Shown here in pieces: positions 1-9,651 of a DNA stretch of 64,000 nucleotides. The position numbers and the translations under genes were made by a program. Below the pieces are notes generated by a model. That model was not told the origin of the DNA. It was given only the letters and a program-made list of their open reading frames with translations, and searched no databases. Source of the stretch: an uncultured Kiloniellales bacterium (lineage in GTDB: Bacteria > Pseudomonadota > Alphaproteobacteria > Kiloniellales > JAKSDN01); the NCBI GenBank assembly GCA_947258885.1, contig CAMYKD010000033.1:9947-73946 (forward strand), read 5' to 3'. The first letter of the stretch is position 1, and each line of letters opens with the position of its first letter.

Positions 1-882
1 GTCAACGACGGCGTCGCCAGCACCGACGAGATCGACGACGCGATCAGCTACGGCCCCGGCCTGCGCTGGGCCATCATGGGCACCTGCCTGACTTTCCATC
101 TGGCCGGCGGCGAGGGCGGCCTGCGCCACATGCTGGAGCAGTTCGGCCCCGCACTCAAGCTGCCCTGGACCAAGCTGGTGGCGCCCGAGCTCAACGATAC
201 CCTGATCGAGCGCATGGTCGAAGGCACCCGGCGCCAGGCCGCCGGACGTTCGATCGAGGAGCTTGAGCGCCTGCGCGACGACTGCCTGATCGCGATCATG
301 CAGGCGCTGCGCGGCCACGACGTCGGCGCCGGGCGGACGCTCGCCGAGGACGAGGCACGGCGCCTCGGCGGGCAGGAGTTCCTGCGCTGGGAAAAGGACG
401 CCGAGGTGCCGGCGCCGCTGGCCCTCTACAGCTGCACCGTGCTGCCCGAGTGGGTCGACTACAACGGGCACATGAGCGAGGCCTGTTTCCTGACCGCCTT
501 TGGCTGGGCCTCGGACGCGCTGTTCCGTTACGTCGGCATCAACGAGGCCTATCGCGCCGGCGGGCGCTCGTTCTACACGGTGGAGAGCCACATCAACTAC
601 TTCCGCGAGGCCTCGACCGGCGAGCCGCTCAGCTTCACGACCCAGCTTCTCGGCCTCGACGAGAAGCGGCTGCATTTCTTTCATACGATGTTCCACGGGG
701 AAACCGGCGAGCTGCTCTGCACGACCGAGCAGATGCTGCTGCATGTGGACATGAACGCGGCCAGGACGACTCCGATCGCGCCAGAGGTTTACGAGGCCCT
801 GGCGGCGGTCTGGGCCGTGCACCGGGACCTGGCCGTGCCCGAGCAGGCGGGACGACGGATGTCGGTCGGGGCCGGGGGTTGA
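1..882 (+). CDS. 3' part of a carnitine-dehydrogenase-like 3-hydroxyacyl-CoA dehydrogenase fused to a C-terminal hotdog (4HBT) thioesterase domain; 5' end lies outside the window
   Basis: Frame 1 is open from base 1 ([27 protein letters not shown]..., the C-terminal domain of the 3-hydroxyacyl-CoA DH family). It continues into a thioesterase-like segment ([21 protein letters not shown]...[12 protein letters not shown]). Stop at 880-882; strong G/C at codon position 3. Confidence 0.6.
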   Translation, partial: VNDGVASTDEIDDAISYGPGLRWAIMGTCLTFHLAGGEGGLRHMLEQFGPALKLPWTKLVAPELNDTLIERMVEGTRRQAAGRSIEELERLRDDCLIAIMQALRGHDVGAGRTLAEDEARRLGGQEFLRWEKDAEVPAPLALYSCTVLPEWVDYNGHMSEACFLTAFGWASDALFRYVGINEAYRAGGRSFYTVESHINYFREASTGEPLSFTTQLLGLDEKRLHFFHTMFHGETGELLCTTEQMLLHVDMNAARTTPIAPEVYEALAAVWAVHRDLAVPEQAGRRMSVGAGG

Positions 883-914
883 GCCGCAAGGGGTTGAGCC
901 ACAGGAGGCCAGGA

Positions 915-2075
915 ATGGATTTCGCGCTTTCCACCGAACAGCAGATGCTCGTAAAGAGCCTGCGCGCCTTCGTCGAGCAGGAGCTCTATCCCTACGAGGA
1001 GGAGGTCGAAGAAGCCGGCGCGGTCCGCCCGGAGCTGATCGAGCAGATCAAACGGCGCGCCATCGAGCTGGGCTTCTATGCCGCCAACATGCCCGAGGAG
1101 CTCGGCGGTGCCGGCCTCGACAACGTCAGCATGGTTTTGCTCGACCGGGAGCTGGGGCGCGCCTCCTACGCGCTCCAGTACATCGTGGCGCGGTCGAGCA
1201 ACATCCTGCGCGCCTGCACGCCCGAGCAGGCCGAGGCTTACCTGCTGCCGACCGTCCGCGGCGAGCGCCTGGAGTGCCTGGCCATGACCGAGCCGGGGGC
1301 CGGCTCCGACCTGCGCTCCATGAAATGCCGGGCCGAGCGCGACGGCGACGACTACGTGATCAACGGCACCAAGCACTTCATCAGCCACGCGGACCTGGCC
1401 GACTACGTGATCCTCTTCGCCGCCAGCGGCGAGGAGGCGGGTCCGCGCGGCCCACGCAAGAAAATCACCGCCTTCCTGGTCGACAAGGGCACGCCGGGCT
1501 TCGAGGTGCGTCCCGGCTATCGGAGCGTCTCGCTCCGCGGCTACCACAACTGCATCCTCGATTTCGACGACTGCCGCGTGCCGCTGTCCCAGATCCTGGG
1601 CGAGGAGCACAAGGGTTTCGACGTGGCCAACGAATGGCTCGCCGCGACTCGCCTCCAGGTCGCCGCCATCTGCGTCGGCCGCGCCCGGCGGGCCATGGAG
1701 ATGGCGGTCGAGTGGGCCGCCGGCCGCAAGCAGTTCGGCCAGCCCATCGGCAAGTTCCAGGGCACCTCCTTCAAGCTCGCGGACATGGCGGTCGGCATCG
1801 AGGCGGCCGAGCTGCTGACCTTCAAGGCGGCCTGGAAGCTCGACCAGGGCACCATGACCGACAGCGACGCCGCGATCGCCAAGCTGCATGCCACCGAGGT
1901 GCTGAGCCGCGTTACCGACGAAGCGCTGCAGATCTACGGCGGCATGGGCCTGATGGCCGAGCTGCCGCTCGAGCGCTTGTGGCGGGACTCCAGGGTCGAG
2001 CGGATCTGGGAGGGGACCAGCGAGATCCAGCGTCACATCATCTCGCGCGCCCTCCTGCGCCCGCACGAGGGCTGA
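915..2075 (+). CDS. acyl-CoA dehydrogenase
   Basis: MDFALSTEQQMLVKSLRAFVEQEL... with typical ACAD segments (CLAMTEPGAGSDL, QFGQPIGKFQG, IYGGMG...RDSRVERIWEGTSEIQR). GGAGG Shine-Dalgarno upstream of ATG 915. The longer track ORF from 450 is an Arg/Gly-rich read-through. Confidence 0.85.
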   Translation: MDFALSTEQQMLVKSLRAFVEQELYPYEEEVEEAGAVRPELIEQIKRRAIELGFYAANMPEELGGAGLDNVSMVLLDRELGRASYALQYIVARSSNILRACTPEQAEAYLLPTVRGERLECLAMTEPGAGSDLRSMKCRAERDGDDYVINGTKHFISHADLADYVILFAASGEEAGPRGPRKKITAFLVDKGTPGFEVRPGYRSVSLRGYHNCILDFDDCRVPLSQILGEEHKGFDVANEWLAATRLQVAAICVGRARRAMEMAVEWAAGRKQFGQPIGKFQGTSFKLADMAVGIEAAELLTFKAAWKLDQGTMTDSDAAIAKLHATEVLSRVTDEALQIYGGMGLMAELPLERLWRDSRVERIWEGTSEIQRHIISRALLRPHEG

Positions 2076-2077
2076 GC

Positions 2078-4237
2078 ATGGCGCCGCCCGGACCCGAGGC
2101 CGGCAGCGCTCCCGCCACCGATCCGGTGGCCGAGCGCCGGCGGCGGAACTTGAAGCGTTTGCTCGCTCCGCGCCACGTCGCCTTCGTCGGCGGCCAGGAC
2201 GCGGCGATCTCGCTGCACCAGTGCGTCGAATTCGGGTTCGAGGGCGAGATCTGGCCGGTCCATCCGCGCCGCCGCGACGTCGAGGGCCGACCCTGCTTCC
2301 CCTCGATAGCCGACCTGCCCGAAGCCCCGGACGCCGCCTTCGTCGCGGTCAACAGCGAGGCCACGGTCGACGTCGTGCGCCAGCTCGCGGGGCGCGGCGC
2401 CGGCGGGGCGATCTGCTATGCCGCCGGCTTCGCCGAGCGCGGCGGCGAGGGCGCCCGCCTGCAGGCGGAGCTGGTCGAGGCCGCTGGAGAGATGGCGGTC
2501 GTGGGGCCGAACTGCTATGGCCTGCTGAACTACCTCGACGGCGCGGTGCTGTGGTCGGAGGGCCACGGCGGACGGCCGGCCGACCGCGGCGTCGCCATCG
2601 TCAGCCAGAGCGGCAACATCAGCCTGAACCTGACGATGGAGCAGCGGTCCTTGCCGATCGCCTATGTCGTCAGCGTCGGCAACCAGGCCTGCCTCGGCTT
2701 TAGCGATCTCGTGGCGACGCTCGTCGAAGATCCGCGAGTGACCGCGATCGGCCTCTATGTCGAAGGGCTCGTCGACGTCGCGGGGTTTGCGCGCGCGGCG
2801 GCCGCGGCACTCGAAAAAGGCGTGCCCGTGGTCGCCCTCAAGGTCGGAAGCTCGGACATCGGCGCGCGGATCGCGCTCAGCCACACCAGCTCTCTGGTCG
2901 GCTCCGACGCGCTCTATCACGCGCTGTTCGAGCGGCTCGGCGTTGTTCGCGCTCCGTCGCTCAGCGCGCTGCTCGAAACGCTCAAGTTCCTTCACGTCGT
3001 GGGACCGCTGCCGGGGCGGCGCCTGGGCGTGCTGTGCTGCTCGGGCGGGGAAGCCGCGCTGCTGGCCGACCTCGCGGCGCGCCATCGGCTCGAGCTGCCC
3101 GACCTGACGGAAACGCAGCGAGCCCAGCTGGCGGCCCAGCTGCCGGACTTCGTCGCCCTCGCCAATCCCTTCGACTACAACACCTCGGTCTGGGGCGACC
3201 CGGCAGCGCTCGAACGCTGTTTCGAAACGATGATGGCGGGCCCCTACGACGTGGTCATGCTGCTGCTCGACTACCCGCGCCCGGATACGCCGGGCCGCGA
3301 CGGGTGGCATGCCGCCTTCGAAGCATTCGTCATGACCGGCAAGGCGCAGGGTCGGCGGTTGGCCGCCACCAGCACGCTGCCCGAGCTCCTGCCCGAAGAG
3401 GTGCGCCTGCGCGGCTCCGCCAATGGTGCCGCGCCGATGCAGGGTCTCGACGAGGCGGTCGCTGCCATCGCCGCTTCGGCCCGCTACAGCGAGCAGCGCG
3501 CCCGAATCAATCCGGCGCAGGCCGCCCGGCTCGTAGCGCCGCGGCGGGCGGATCTCGAAGGTGCGGCACGGACCCTGGACGAACGGGAGGGCAAGGAGGT
3601 GCTTGCGGCCGCCGGCCTGACCGTGCCCGAGGGGCGGGCGGTCGCTGCGGCCAAGGCGCCCTCCGCGGCGCGGGCGCTCGGCTTTCCGGTCGCGATCAAG
3701 GCGCTCGATGCGCGAATTGCGCACAAAACGGAGGCGGGCGCCGTGGCGCTCGATTTGACGGACGAAGCCGAGGTCGAGGCGGCGGTCGCGCGCATCGCAG
3801 CGTCCCTCAAGGGGCTGCCGGGCGCGGTCGAGCGCGTCTTGGTCGAGCGCATGGTCGACGGGGCGGTGCTGGAGCTGATCGTCGGCGTCACGCGCGATCC
3901 GCAGTTCGGACTGGCGCTGCTGGTGGGTGCCGGCGGGGTCGCGGTGGAGCTCGCGCGCGACCGCCGGACGATCCTGCTGCCCGGCCGGCGGGAGGACTTT
4001 GCCGCGGCGCTCGACGCGCTCGAGGTGGCGCGGCTGCTCGACGGCTTCCGCGGCCGCCCGGCGGGCGACCGCGAGGCCGTCATCGATGCCATGCAGGCGG
4101 TGGCGGGCTATGCCGAGGCTCACGCCGACACGCTGCTCGAGCTGGATATCAATCCGCTGATGGTGTTGGCGAAGGGCGCCGGGGTCGTGGCAGCCGACGC
4201 CCTGATTCGACTGCAAGACGACCGACAAGACGACTGA
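2078..4237 (+). CDS. ADP-forming acyl-CoA synthetase family protein (CoA-binding domain plus ATP-grasp domain)
   Basis: RHVAFVGGQD...CFPSIADLPEAPDAAFVAV (CoA-binding), VGPNCYGLLNY, SQSGNIS, and a C-terminal ATP-grasp-like part (FPVAIKAL...HKTEAGAVALDL). ATG 2078 sits 3 nt after the upstream stop. Confidence 0.8.
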   Translation: MAPPGPEAGSAPATDPVAERRRRNLKRLLAPRHVAFVGGQDAAISLHQCVEFGFEGEIWPVHPRRRDVEGRPCFPSIADLPEAPDAAFVAVNSEATVDVVRQLAGRGAGGAICYAAGFAERGGEGARLQAELVEAAGEMAVVGPNCYGLLNYLDGAVLWSEGHGGRPADRGVAIVSQSGNISLNLTMEQRSLPIAYVVSVGNQACLGFSDLVATLVEDPRVTAIGLYVEGLVDVAGFARAAAAALEKGVPVVALKVGSSDIGARIALSHTSSLVGSDALYHALFERLGVVRAPSLSALLETLKFLHVVGPLPGRRLGVLCCSGGEAALLADLAARHRLELPDLTETQRAQLAAQLPDFVALANPFDYNTSVWGDPAALERCFETMMAGPYDVVMLLLDYPRPDTPGRDGWHAAFEAFVMTGKAQGRRLAATSTLPELLPEEVRLRGSANGAAPMQGLDEAVAAIAASARYSEQRARINPAQAARLVAPRRADLEGAARTLDEREGKEVLAAAGLTVPEGRAVAAAKAPSAARALGFPVAIKALDARIAHKTEAGAVALDLTDEAEVEAAVARIAASLKGLPGAVERVLVERMVDGAVLELIVGVTRDPQFGLALLVGAGGVAVELARDRRTILLPGRREDFAAALDALEVARLLDGFRGRPAGDREAVIDAMQAVAGYAEAHADTLLELDINPLMVLAKGAGVVAADALIRLQDDRQDD

Positions 4238-4249
4238 AAGGAGCCGAGC

Positions 4250-5032
4250 ATGAGCGAAGCGGTGCGCAGCGAACGCCGCGGTGGGGTGCTGGAGATCACC
4301 CTGGACCGCCCCAAGGCCAACGCCATAGACGTGGCGACCAGCCACCGGCTGGGAGAGATCTTTCGGGACTTCTCAGAGAACCCGGAGCTGCGCGTGGCGA
4401 TCGTGACCAGTGCCGGCGAGCGCTTCTTCTCGGCCGGCTGGGACCTCAAGGCGGCGGCGGGCGGCGAGGACGTCGACACGGATTTCGGGCCGGGCGGCTT
4501 CGCGGGAATCCAGCAGATCATGCGCCTCGACAAGCCGGTCATCGCGGCGGTCAACGGCCTGGCGATCGGCGGCGGCTTCGAGCTGGCGCTTGCGGGCGAC
4601 CTCAGGGTCGCCGCCGAGCACGTCGAGTTCGCCCTGCCGGAGACCCTGGTCGGAGTCGTGGCCGACGTCGCGACCATACTGCTGCCGCGCTTCATCCCGC
4701 GGGCGGTGGCGCTCGACCTGCTGCTGACCGGACGGCGCATGGACGCCGCCGAGGCCGGGCGCTGGGGACTGGTCAACGCCGTCGTGCCCGCGGGCGATCT
4801 CATGTCCAAGGCCCGCGAGTGGGCGGGGCTGATCGTCGCCGGCGCCCCGCTCTCGGTCGCCGCCATCAAGCAGCTCGCCCGGCGGACGGAGACCCTGACC
4901 TTCGCCGAAAGCATGGCGGGAATCGACGACGGCAGGTTCGAGGCCTATCAGCGGATGCTCGACTCCGAGGATGCGCGCGAGGGCCCGCGCGCCTTCGCCG
5001 AGAAGCGCGCCCCGGTGTGGCGCGGCCGATAG
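4250..5032 (+). CDS. enoyl-CoA hydratase / crotonase family (carnitinyl-CoA dehydratase-like)
   Basis: Crotonase motifs: ERFFSAGWDLK, PVIAAVNGLAIGGGFELALAGD, and a C-terminal EDAREGPRAFAEKRAPVW. Confidence 0.85.
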   Translation: MSEAVRSERRGGVLEITLDRPKANAIDVATSHRLGEIFRDFSENPELRVAIVTSAGERFFSAGWDLKAAAGGEDVDTDFGPGGFAGIQQIMRLDKPVIAAVNGLAIGGGFELALAGDLRVAAEHVEFALPETLVGVVADVATILLPRFIPRAVALDLLLTGRRMDAAEAGRWGLVNAVVPAGDLMSKAREWAGLIVAGAPLSVAAIKQLARRTETLTFAESMAGIDDGRFEAYQRMLDSEDAREGPRAFAEKRAPVWRGR

Positions 5033-5039
5033 GAACCGC

Positions 5040-6326
5040 CTAGGCTCGGTTGTCGGATGGTTGCCGAAGCGCCGCTCCGTCGGCTTCCCGGGCGACCGGC
5101 GCCAGGCCGTGCTGCGGCAGCCAGCCGTTCGCCCTGATCAGCAGGACGAGGAACAGAAGCCCAAGGATCACGGGGCCGAGGGGAAGACCCTGCGCATTGG
5201 TACCCATCACCAGGATCGGAAGCGCCCAGACGAGCGCGAGCAGAAGCATTTCGCCGGGCAGGAAGCCCGTCTTCACCGCCCGCTCAAAGCCCCAGAGGAC
5301 CGCGACGCTGGTCAAGGTCATGTCGTAGTTGAACCCATAGGGTGTCACCAGGAACACGCCCACCAGCAGCACGGCGACTTGCAGGCTCCGGTCCGCGCGC
5401 TTTCGAAACGTCGTATAGATCCCGAGGACGGCGCAGAGCGAGAAAAGCGCCTGCACGCCATAGCCTGCGACATCGCCAAGTCCCAAGATCCGCGTGGCCA
5501 TGAGGGGAGTGGGCATCATGAGAACGAAGAGCCCGCTACCCCGCTCGAATATGAGGCTCTGGTTGATTGCGATCTGGCTCAAATAGCTTTGCCAGCTTTC
5601 CAGGCCGAAGGCCACGACACTGAGGGCGACGACCCCCAGGACCGTCATCGATGCGCCGAAAAACGGGCGCCAGAGCCGTGCCGCGACGAGCGCGATCGGG
5701 ACGAGGATGCCCAGCTGCGGCTTGAAGCACAGCAGGCCAAGAAGGATGCCGGCCAGGGCGGGACGCCTGTCGAGCAGCCGCATGCCGGCAATCAGAAGGG
5801 CGGCACTCAGAAAGCCGTTCTGGCCGGCTAGGAAGTTCACGAATGTTGCCGGTGCCAGGATCAGCGCCAGCGTGCCGACACCGGCCAGGTGCCGTTTGCC
5901 GGCGGCAGCGAGATAAAGGGCCAGGGTCACGACCGACCAAAGGGCATAGGACAACAGATACGGCATCAGCCCCAGCGGCCAGCTGTAGAGTAGGGCGTGG
6001 GGCGGGTATAGCCAGGGGTGAAGCGGATAGGGACCGCCCACGAACCGCTCGTGCGCACTGTGGAACTGGCCCTGGTCGAAGACCTTGGCGGCTTGTCCGT
6101 CCAGTGTCAGAACCGAGGCGTTCCAGAACACCACGAAGTCCCGCCCGATCAGGTGCCCGGTGTGATCGATCAGGCCGCCGGCGCGGGAATAGTAATAGAT
6201 GACGAAGGCGCCGCAGAAGGCGGCGAGACAGGACCAGAGGATGACGGCAAAGCGCCTGTCCGAGCAGGTGGCGGGCCTGGTCGAAAGGCTGCCAAGGAGC
6301 GCGTTCAGCTTGGAGACCACGGCCAC
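5040..6326 (-). CDS. polytopic membrane glycosyltransferase, GT87/DUF2029-like (paralog 1)
   Basis: About 10 predicted TM helices. It aligns along its whole length with the upstream paralog (GRDFVVFW.ASVLTL, PWLYPPHAL, NGFLSAALL, LLCFKPQLG, YNYD.TL.SVAVLW, LLIRANGWLP). There is no ATG at the conserved N-terminus, so I chose GTG 6326, preceded by GAGGGA-N6. The 737-aa track ORF is read-through into the upstream gene. Confidence 0.65.
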   Translation of the reverse strand: MAVVSKLNALLGSLSTRPATCSDRRFAVILWSCLAAFCGAFVIYYYSRAGGLIDHTGHLIGRDFVVFWNASVLTLDGQAAKVFDQGQFHSAHERFVGGPYPLHPWLYPPHALLYSWPLGLMPYLLSYALWSVVTLALYLAAAGKRHLAGVGTLALILAPATFVNFLAGQNGFLSAALLIAGMRLLDRRPALAGILLGLLCFKPQLGILVPIALVAARLWRPFFGASMTVLGVVALSVVAFGLESWQSYLSQIAINQSLIFERGSGLFVLMMPTPLMATRILGLGDVAGYGVQALFSLCAVLGIYTTFRKRADRSLQVAVLLVGVFLVTPYGFNYDMTLTSVAVLWGFERAVKTGFLPGEMLLLALVWALPILVMGTNAQGLPLGPVILGLLFLVLLIRANGWLPQHGLAPVAREADGAALRQPSDNRA

Positions 6327-6337
6327 CGCCCGTCCCT

Positions 6338-7585
6338 CTAGGCCCGGCCGTCGCGCGGCAGCGGGAGCGTCCCGGGACCCGCTTCCGGAGCAGTGTCCGC
6401 CGGGCCTTGTCGCGGCAGCCAGCCATTGGCCCTGATCAGCAGCACGAAGAAGACGGCAACGAGAACCGGCGGTCCCAGCGGTATGCCTCTGAGGTTGCCG
6501 ACGACGACCAGAAGCGGAAGCAGCCAGGCCACGGCCATGAGCACCCTCTCGCCGGTCAGGAAGCCGGTTGTCATCGCCCGCTCGAAGGCCCAGAGCACCG
6601 CGACGCTCACCAGTGTCAGATCGTAGTTGTAGCCGTAAGGGCTGGCCAGGAGCACGGCCGCCAGAAGCACGGCGATCTGCAGGGGCCTGTCCGTCCCCGT
6701 CCGGAAGCTGAGATAGACGCCGAGGATCGCGCCCAGGGAAAACAGCGCCTGAATGACGCCGCGCGCCGTCGCGCCGAAGCCCAGCAGCCCGGCGCCCATG
6801 TAGGGCGTGGCCACGATGTTGAGGAACCAGCCGCGATCCTCGGTCAGATGCCTGGTCTGGTAGATCGTGCTCATCTCGAAAAAGGACGACCAGCCGTCCA
6901 GGCCGAAAACACCGAGGCTGAGCGCAAGCACCGCCACCACGGTGGCCGCGGCGCTCACGAAGGGCCGCCAGAGCCGCGCCGCGATCAGCGCGACCGGAAT
7001 GAGCAGCCCGAGCTGCGGCTTGAAGCACAGCAAGCCCAGCAGGATGCCGGCCAGAACCGGGCGGCTGTCGAGCAGCCGCAGGCCGCCGACCAGGAGGGCG
7101 GCGCTCAGGAACCCGTTCTGGCCCATGACGACGTTCACGAAGCTGGCCGGCGCCAGGACCAGCGCCAGGCCGCGGAGGGTCCTCCAGGACCGGCCGAGCG
7201 CGGCCCAGAGGTAGAGCGCCAAGGTCGCGACCGACCAGATGAGGTAGGACCACAGGAACGGCAACAGGCCGAGCGGCAGGATGTAGAACAGGGCGTGGGG
7301 CGGATAGAGCCAGGGATAGAGCGGCACGTCGCCGCCGATCAGCCGTTCCTGCACCTCGTGAAACACCTCGAGGTCGAAGATCTGCGACGCCTGGCCGGCC
7401 AGCGTCAGGACCGAAGCGCTCCAGAACACCACGAAGTCCCGCCCGATCAAAATCCCCTCGTTGTCGTGCAGGCCCTCGGCGCCGGCATAGTTGGTATAGG
7501 CGAAGACGCCGTAGAAGCAGAGGATCGCCAGGAAGAACAGGACCAGAAAATTCCTGTCCGTACGGCTCTGTCCGGGATCAGGCAT
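6338..7585 (-). CDS. polytopic membrane glycosyltransferase, GT87/DUF2029-like (paralog 2)
   Basis: Same conserved blocks as paralog 1. ATG at 7585 (MPDPGQSRTDRNFLVLFF...), with an alternative TTG at 7600. Overlaps the 3' end of the methyltransferase gene. Confidence 0.7.
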   Translation of the reverse strand: MPDPGQSRTDRNFLVLFFLAILCFYGVFAYTNYAGAEGLHDNEGILIGRDFVVFWSASVLTLAGQASQIFDLEVFHEVQERLIGGDVPLYPWLYPPHALFYILPLGLLPFLWSYLIWSVATLALYLWAALGRSWRTLRGLALVLAPASFVNVVMGQNGFLSAALLVGGLRLLDSRPVLAGILLGLLCFKPQLGLLIPVALIAARLWRPFVSAAATVVAVLALSLGVFGLDGWSSFFEMSTIYQTRHLTEDRGWFLNIVATPYMGAGLLGFGATARGVIQALFSLGAILGVYLSFRTGTDRPLQIAVLLAAVLLASPYGYNYDLTLVSVAVLWAFERAMTTGFLTGERVLMAVAWLLPLLVVVGNLRGIPLGPPVLVAVFFVLLIRANGWLPRQGPADTAPEAGPGTLPLPRDGRA

Positions 7586-8180
7586 GTTCCAGGCACGCAA
7601 CGAAGTGGAGCGATCGGTCGAACAGCCAGCCCGCAGGCCCGGGATAGAGGTTCAGCCGATCCGTCCACGACATCGGTTTCAGGTCCAGGCGTTCGAATGC
7701 CGCCCGCCAATCGCGTTCCGGCCAGTAGTTATAGGGCAGGCGCACCCCGTGATGGGCGTTGCCCACCCAGTCCATGAACCGCAGGGTTGGTCCGGCCAGG
7801 ATTCCGTCGCGCGTGTGGTCCTTCAGCACGATGGCCTTGCGCGCGACCCTGGCGGCTTCGCGCAGAAGCGCTTCGGGATCGTCGGTGTGGTGCAGCACGT
7901 CGACAAACATCACAACGTCCACGCTCCGGTCGGTGCGGGGAATGCGCTGGCCGTCGAAGGCCTCGACCGGGATATGGGTCTCGGGGCGGACCAGGACGTC
8001 GATGCCGGAAAGCGCGAGGTCCGGCCGCTGCTCGCCGATCAGGCGGGCGATCAGTCCGTTGCCGCTGCCGACATCCAGCACCGTGGCGCCTTGGGGCAGC
8101 AGGCGGGACAGCGCTTCGCTCAGCACCCGGACGCGGCGGTTGAAGACCAGATCCTGGTGAAGCGCGGCAATGACGGTCAT
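7578..8180 (-). CDS. class I SAM-dependent methyltransferase
   Basis: MTVIAALHQD...; SAM-binding motif VLDVGSGNGLIA; acidic loop DVVMFVDVLHH. ATGA overlap with the upstream GT2 gene. Confidence 0.75.
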   Translation of the reverse strand: MTVIAALHQDLVFNRRVRVLSEALSRLLPQGATVLDVGSGNGLIARLIGEQRPDLALSGIDVLVRPETHIPVEAFDGQRIPRTDRSVDVVMFVDVLHHTDDPEALLREAARVARKAIVLKDHTRDGILAGPTLRFMDWVGNAHHGVRLPYNYWPERDWRAAFERLDLKPMSWTDRLNLYPGPAGWLFDRSLHFVACLEHA

Positions 8181-9364
8181 TTGGTCTTCAGTCCGAGCAC
8201 GCTCAGAAAGACGCTGGCGAAGGCGGTTTGCAATCCGAGCACCAGCGCGGCCACCGCCGGCACCACAATGCGCAGCGATACGGCCGGGTCGAGCGGTCCG
8301 AAGGAAGCCCGCCCCCAGAACCCGACGGCATAGGCCGAGGCGGCCAGGCCGGCGACCAACAGCAGGCCGCCCACCACGATGCCGGCCTCCATGGAGAACA
8401 GGCGCGTAAGCGACGCGATCCGCGGGTCGGGCGGCAGCAGTCTGGCGTTGATGGCGAAGACCTTGGCGAAGACGGCGAAGGTCACCGCCTGGAAACCGCA
8501 GATCAGGGCGGCGGCCGCGTAGACCAGCGTATTCACGTCGAGCACGAGGCTGCCCACGCTGCGGGGGCCGGCTGCAAGCCAGAGCATAGCTGCCAAGCCG
8601 ATGACCATGAGCAGGCAGCCCGGATAGAGGAACAGCCAGCGCGGGCTGAACAACAGCAGGAACCGGAGGTGCCGCCAGCCGTCGCGCCAGCTGCGCAGGT
8701 GCGGCGGCCGGCTGCGCCCGTCGGGCGACAGGGTGGTTGGGACCTCGGCGATGCGCAGGTTCCGCAGGCCCGCCTTGACCACCATCTCGCTGGCGAACTC
8801 CATGCCGGTGGTGTTCAGGTCCAGGCGGGCGATCTCCGCGCGGTTGAACCCGCGCAGACCGCAATGGAAATCGCCGATCGGCACCTTGAAGAAGAGGCGC
8901 CCGATTCCGCTCAAGACCGGGTTGCCGAGATAGCGGTGCAGCGGCGGCATGGCGCCGGGCGCGATGCCGCCCAGGAAACGGTTGCCCATCACCAGGTCCT
9001 GGCCGTCGCGTAGCTTCTCGAGGTAAGCGTCCAACGCGCTGAAATCGTAGCTGTCGTCGGCGTCACCCATGATGACGAAGCGGCCCCGCGCCGTCGCGAT
9101 GCCGCCCATCAGTGCGCTGCCGTAGCCCTTCTCCGGCACCGGGACCACCCGGGCCCCCAGCTTCCTGGCGATGTCCTGGGAGCCATCGGTGCTTCCGTTG
9201 TCCGCGATCAACACCTCGCCGACGATGTTCCGGCTCGCGATATAGGCCATCGCCTTCTCGATACAGAGGCCGATCGTCTCGGCCTCGTCGAGACACGGCA
9301 TGAGGACCGTCAATTCGTAGTCGGGACTGTCCGACCGGTCATCTGAAAGGGGTGTATCGAGCAT
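8177..9364 (-). CDS. family 2 glycosyltransferase with a C-terminal 4-TM anchor (polyprenol-phosphate sugar synthase type, GtrB/ArnC/DPM1-like)
   Basis: LTVLMPCLDEAETI, ADNGSTDGS, GDADDSYD (DxD), HCGLRGF, followed by about 4 TM helices. Confidence 0.85.
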   Translation of the reverse strand: MLDTPLSDDRSDSPDYELTVLMPCLDEAETIGLCIEKAMAYIASRNIVGEVLIADNGSTDGSQDIARKLGARVVPVPEKGYGSALMGGIATARGRFVIMGDADDSYDFSALDAYLEKLRDGQDLVMGNRFLGGIAPGAMPPLHRYLGNPVLSGIGRLFFKVPIGDFHCGLRGFNRAEIARLDLNTTGMEFASEMVVKAGLRNLRIAEVPTTLSPDGRSRPPHLRSWRDGWRHLRFLLLFSPRWLFLYPGCLLMVIGLAAMLWLAAGPRSVGSLVLDVNTLVYAAAALICGFQAVTFAVFAKVFAINARLLPPDPRIASLTRLFSMEAGIVVGGLLLVAGLAASAYAVGFWGRASFGPLDPAVSLRIVVPAVAALVLGLQTAFASVFLSVLGLKTK

Positions 9365-9651
9365 GGGGGAGCCCGCCGGGGTCGCGATTGATCCGAAGCC
9401 GCAGACTAAGACCGATCGGTTGATAAAGTATTGAATAACGTTAAGATTCTAGAGGGGCCTCGCTACCCGGTCGAGCTGCCCGGTGGCGCGGTAGGGCCTC
9501 GCCCGGCGCGCGGCTGATGCTGCCCAGCGCCCCACACTGACCGGAAACGAGTATTTAGCGTTTTTTCAGTCCTTTGGGCGATCTTTTCGGGTTCCGGGCG
9601 TTTCGGACCAATCCCCGCCCCGCGACTTCGAGCGAAACGGAACCAACGGTC

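Noticed and set aside
789-4345. Long antisense ORFs (789..2066-, 2033..4345-) and alternate-frame ORFs (1274..4237 N-terminal part, 3034..5043+)
   Set aside because: They have Arg/Pro/Gly/Ala-rich low-complexity translations with no motifs, and they lie opposite or out of frame to genes with clear family signatures. This is typical of shadow ORFs in high-GC DNA.
5040-7253. A single 737-aa ORF spanning both GT87-like genes
   Set aside because: The N-terminal 300 aa are low-complexity and overlap the real upstream paralog in another frame. Paralog alignment places the true start near GTG 6326, which has a GAGGGA Shine-Dalgarno sequence.
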